In this document: positions 26,562 to 26,577 of the stretch, in pieces | How positions within the stretch are numbered: position 1 is the first letter of the stretch | Layout: every line of letters starts with the position of its first letter | IMG/VR virus record: IMGVR_UViG_3300033232_000154 | Coordinates: 1 to 26,577 of that record | Strand: one strand, 5' to 3' | Origin: a virus | Taxonomy: Duplodnaviria > Caudoviricetes | Length of the DNA stretch: 26,577 bases | Translations under genes and position numbers: made by a program | The notes under the pieces: generated by a model | Databases searched by the model: none | What the model was told of the DNA's origin: nothing | The model's input: only the letters and a program-made list of their open reading frames with translations

Positions 26562-26577
26562 GACCAAATATCCGAAG
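26544..26577 (+). CDS. 5' start of a putative transposase (MQVPLKDQISE..., runs off the window)
   Basis: Strong SD and a frame open to the window edge. Only 11 codons are visible, so the product is inferred from context. Confidence 0.45.
   Translation, partial: MQVPLKDQISE

Larger units (their letters stand above)
26451..26577 (+). mobile_element. Probable left end of an insertion sequence (family undetermined)
   Basis: Abrupt switch to non-coding GGCTCAAGTTCAATTA..., followed by a promoter-like TTGAGA-16-TTTAAT, SD AAGGAG, ATG at 26544 and an inverted repeat covering the start. The other end and any target duplication lie outside the window. Confidence 0.65.

Noticed and set aside
1-26577. 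CRISPR array, tRNA/rRNA, diversity-generating retroelement or invertible segment
   Set aside because: By eye I found no regularly spaced repeats, cloverleaf, reverse transcriptase, template/variable repeat pair or invertase.

Overview
The window holds the virion-morphogenesis region of a tailed prophage, encoded on the - strand. Read from the right, it runs: terminase large subunit (3' part only), head-morphogenesis protein, then lysozyme, three neck/tail-completion genes, PBSX-type portal, a fused XkdF-like protease/major capsid protein, a holin-like gene, tail tube, an XhlA-like peptide, a tail chaperone with a -1 frameshift, two tandem Dam-like methylases, tape measure and three tail-tip genes. 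Two + strand (antisense) cargo slots interrupt this backbone. One is a single 87-aa gene (5970-6233). The other is a 10.3-kb, eight-gene operon (14283-24596) encoding a stand-alone restriction-endonuclease-fold protein, a complete type I R-M system with a membrane-protein gene between hsdM and hsdS, and a STAS-GHKL kinase / STAS / 2-TM triad. That triad is the best candidate for a poorly characterised defence system. Both slots are preceded by almost the same TTGACA-containing motif. The terminase is cut at about 26450 by what looks like the end of an IS element, so the prophage is probably packaging-defective. All family calls come from motif recognition by eye, and no searches were run. The backbone proteins resemble prophages I recall from Cloacimonadota, but that host assignment is unverified.
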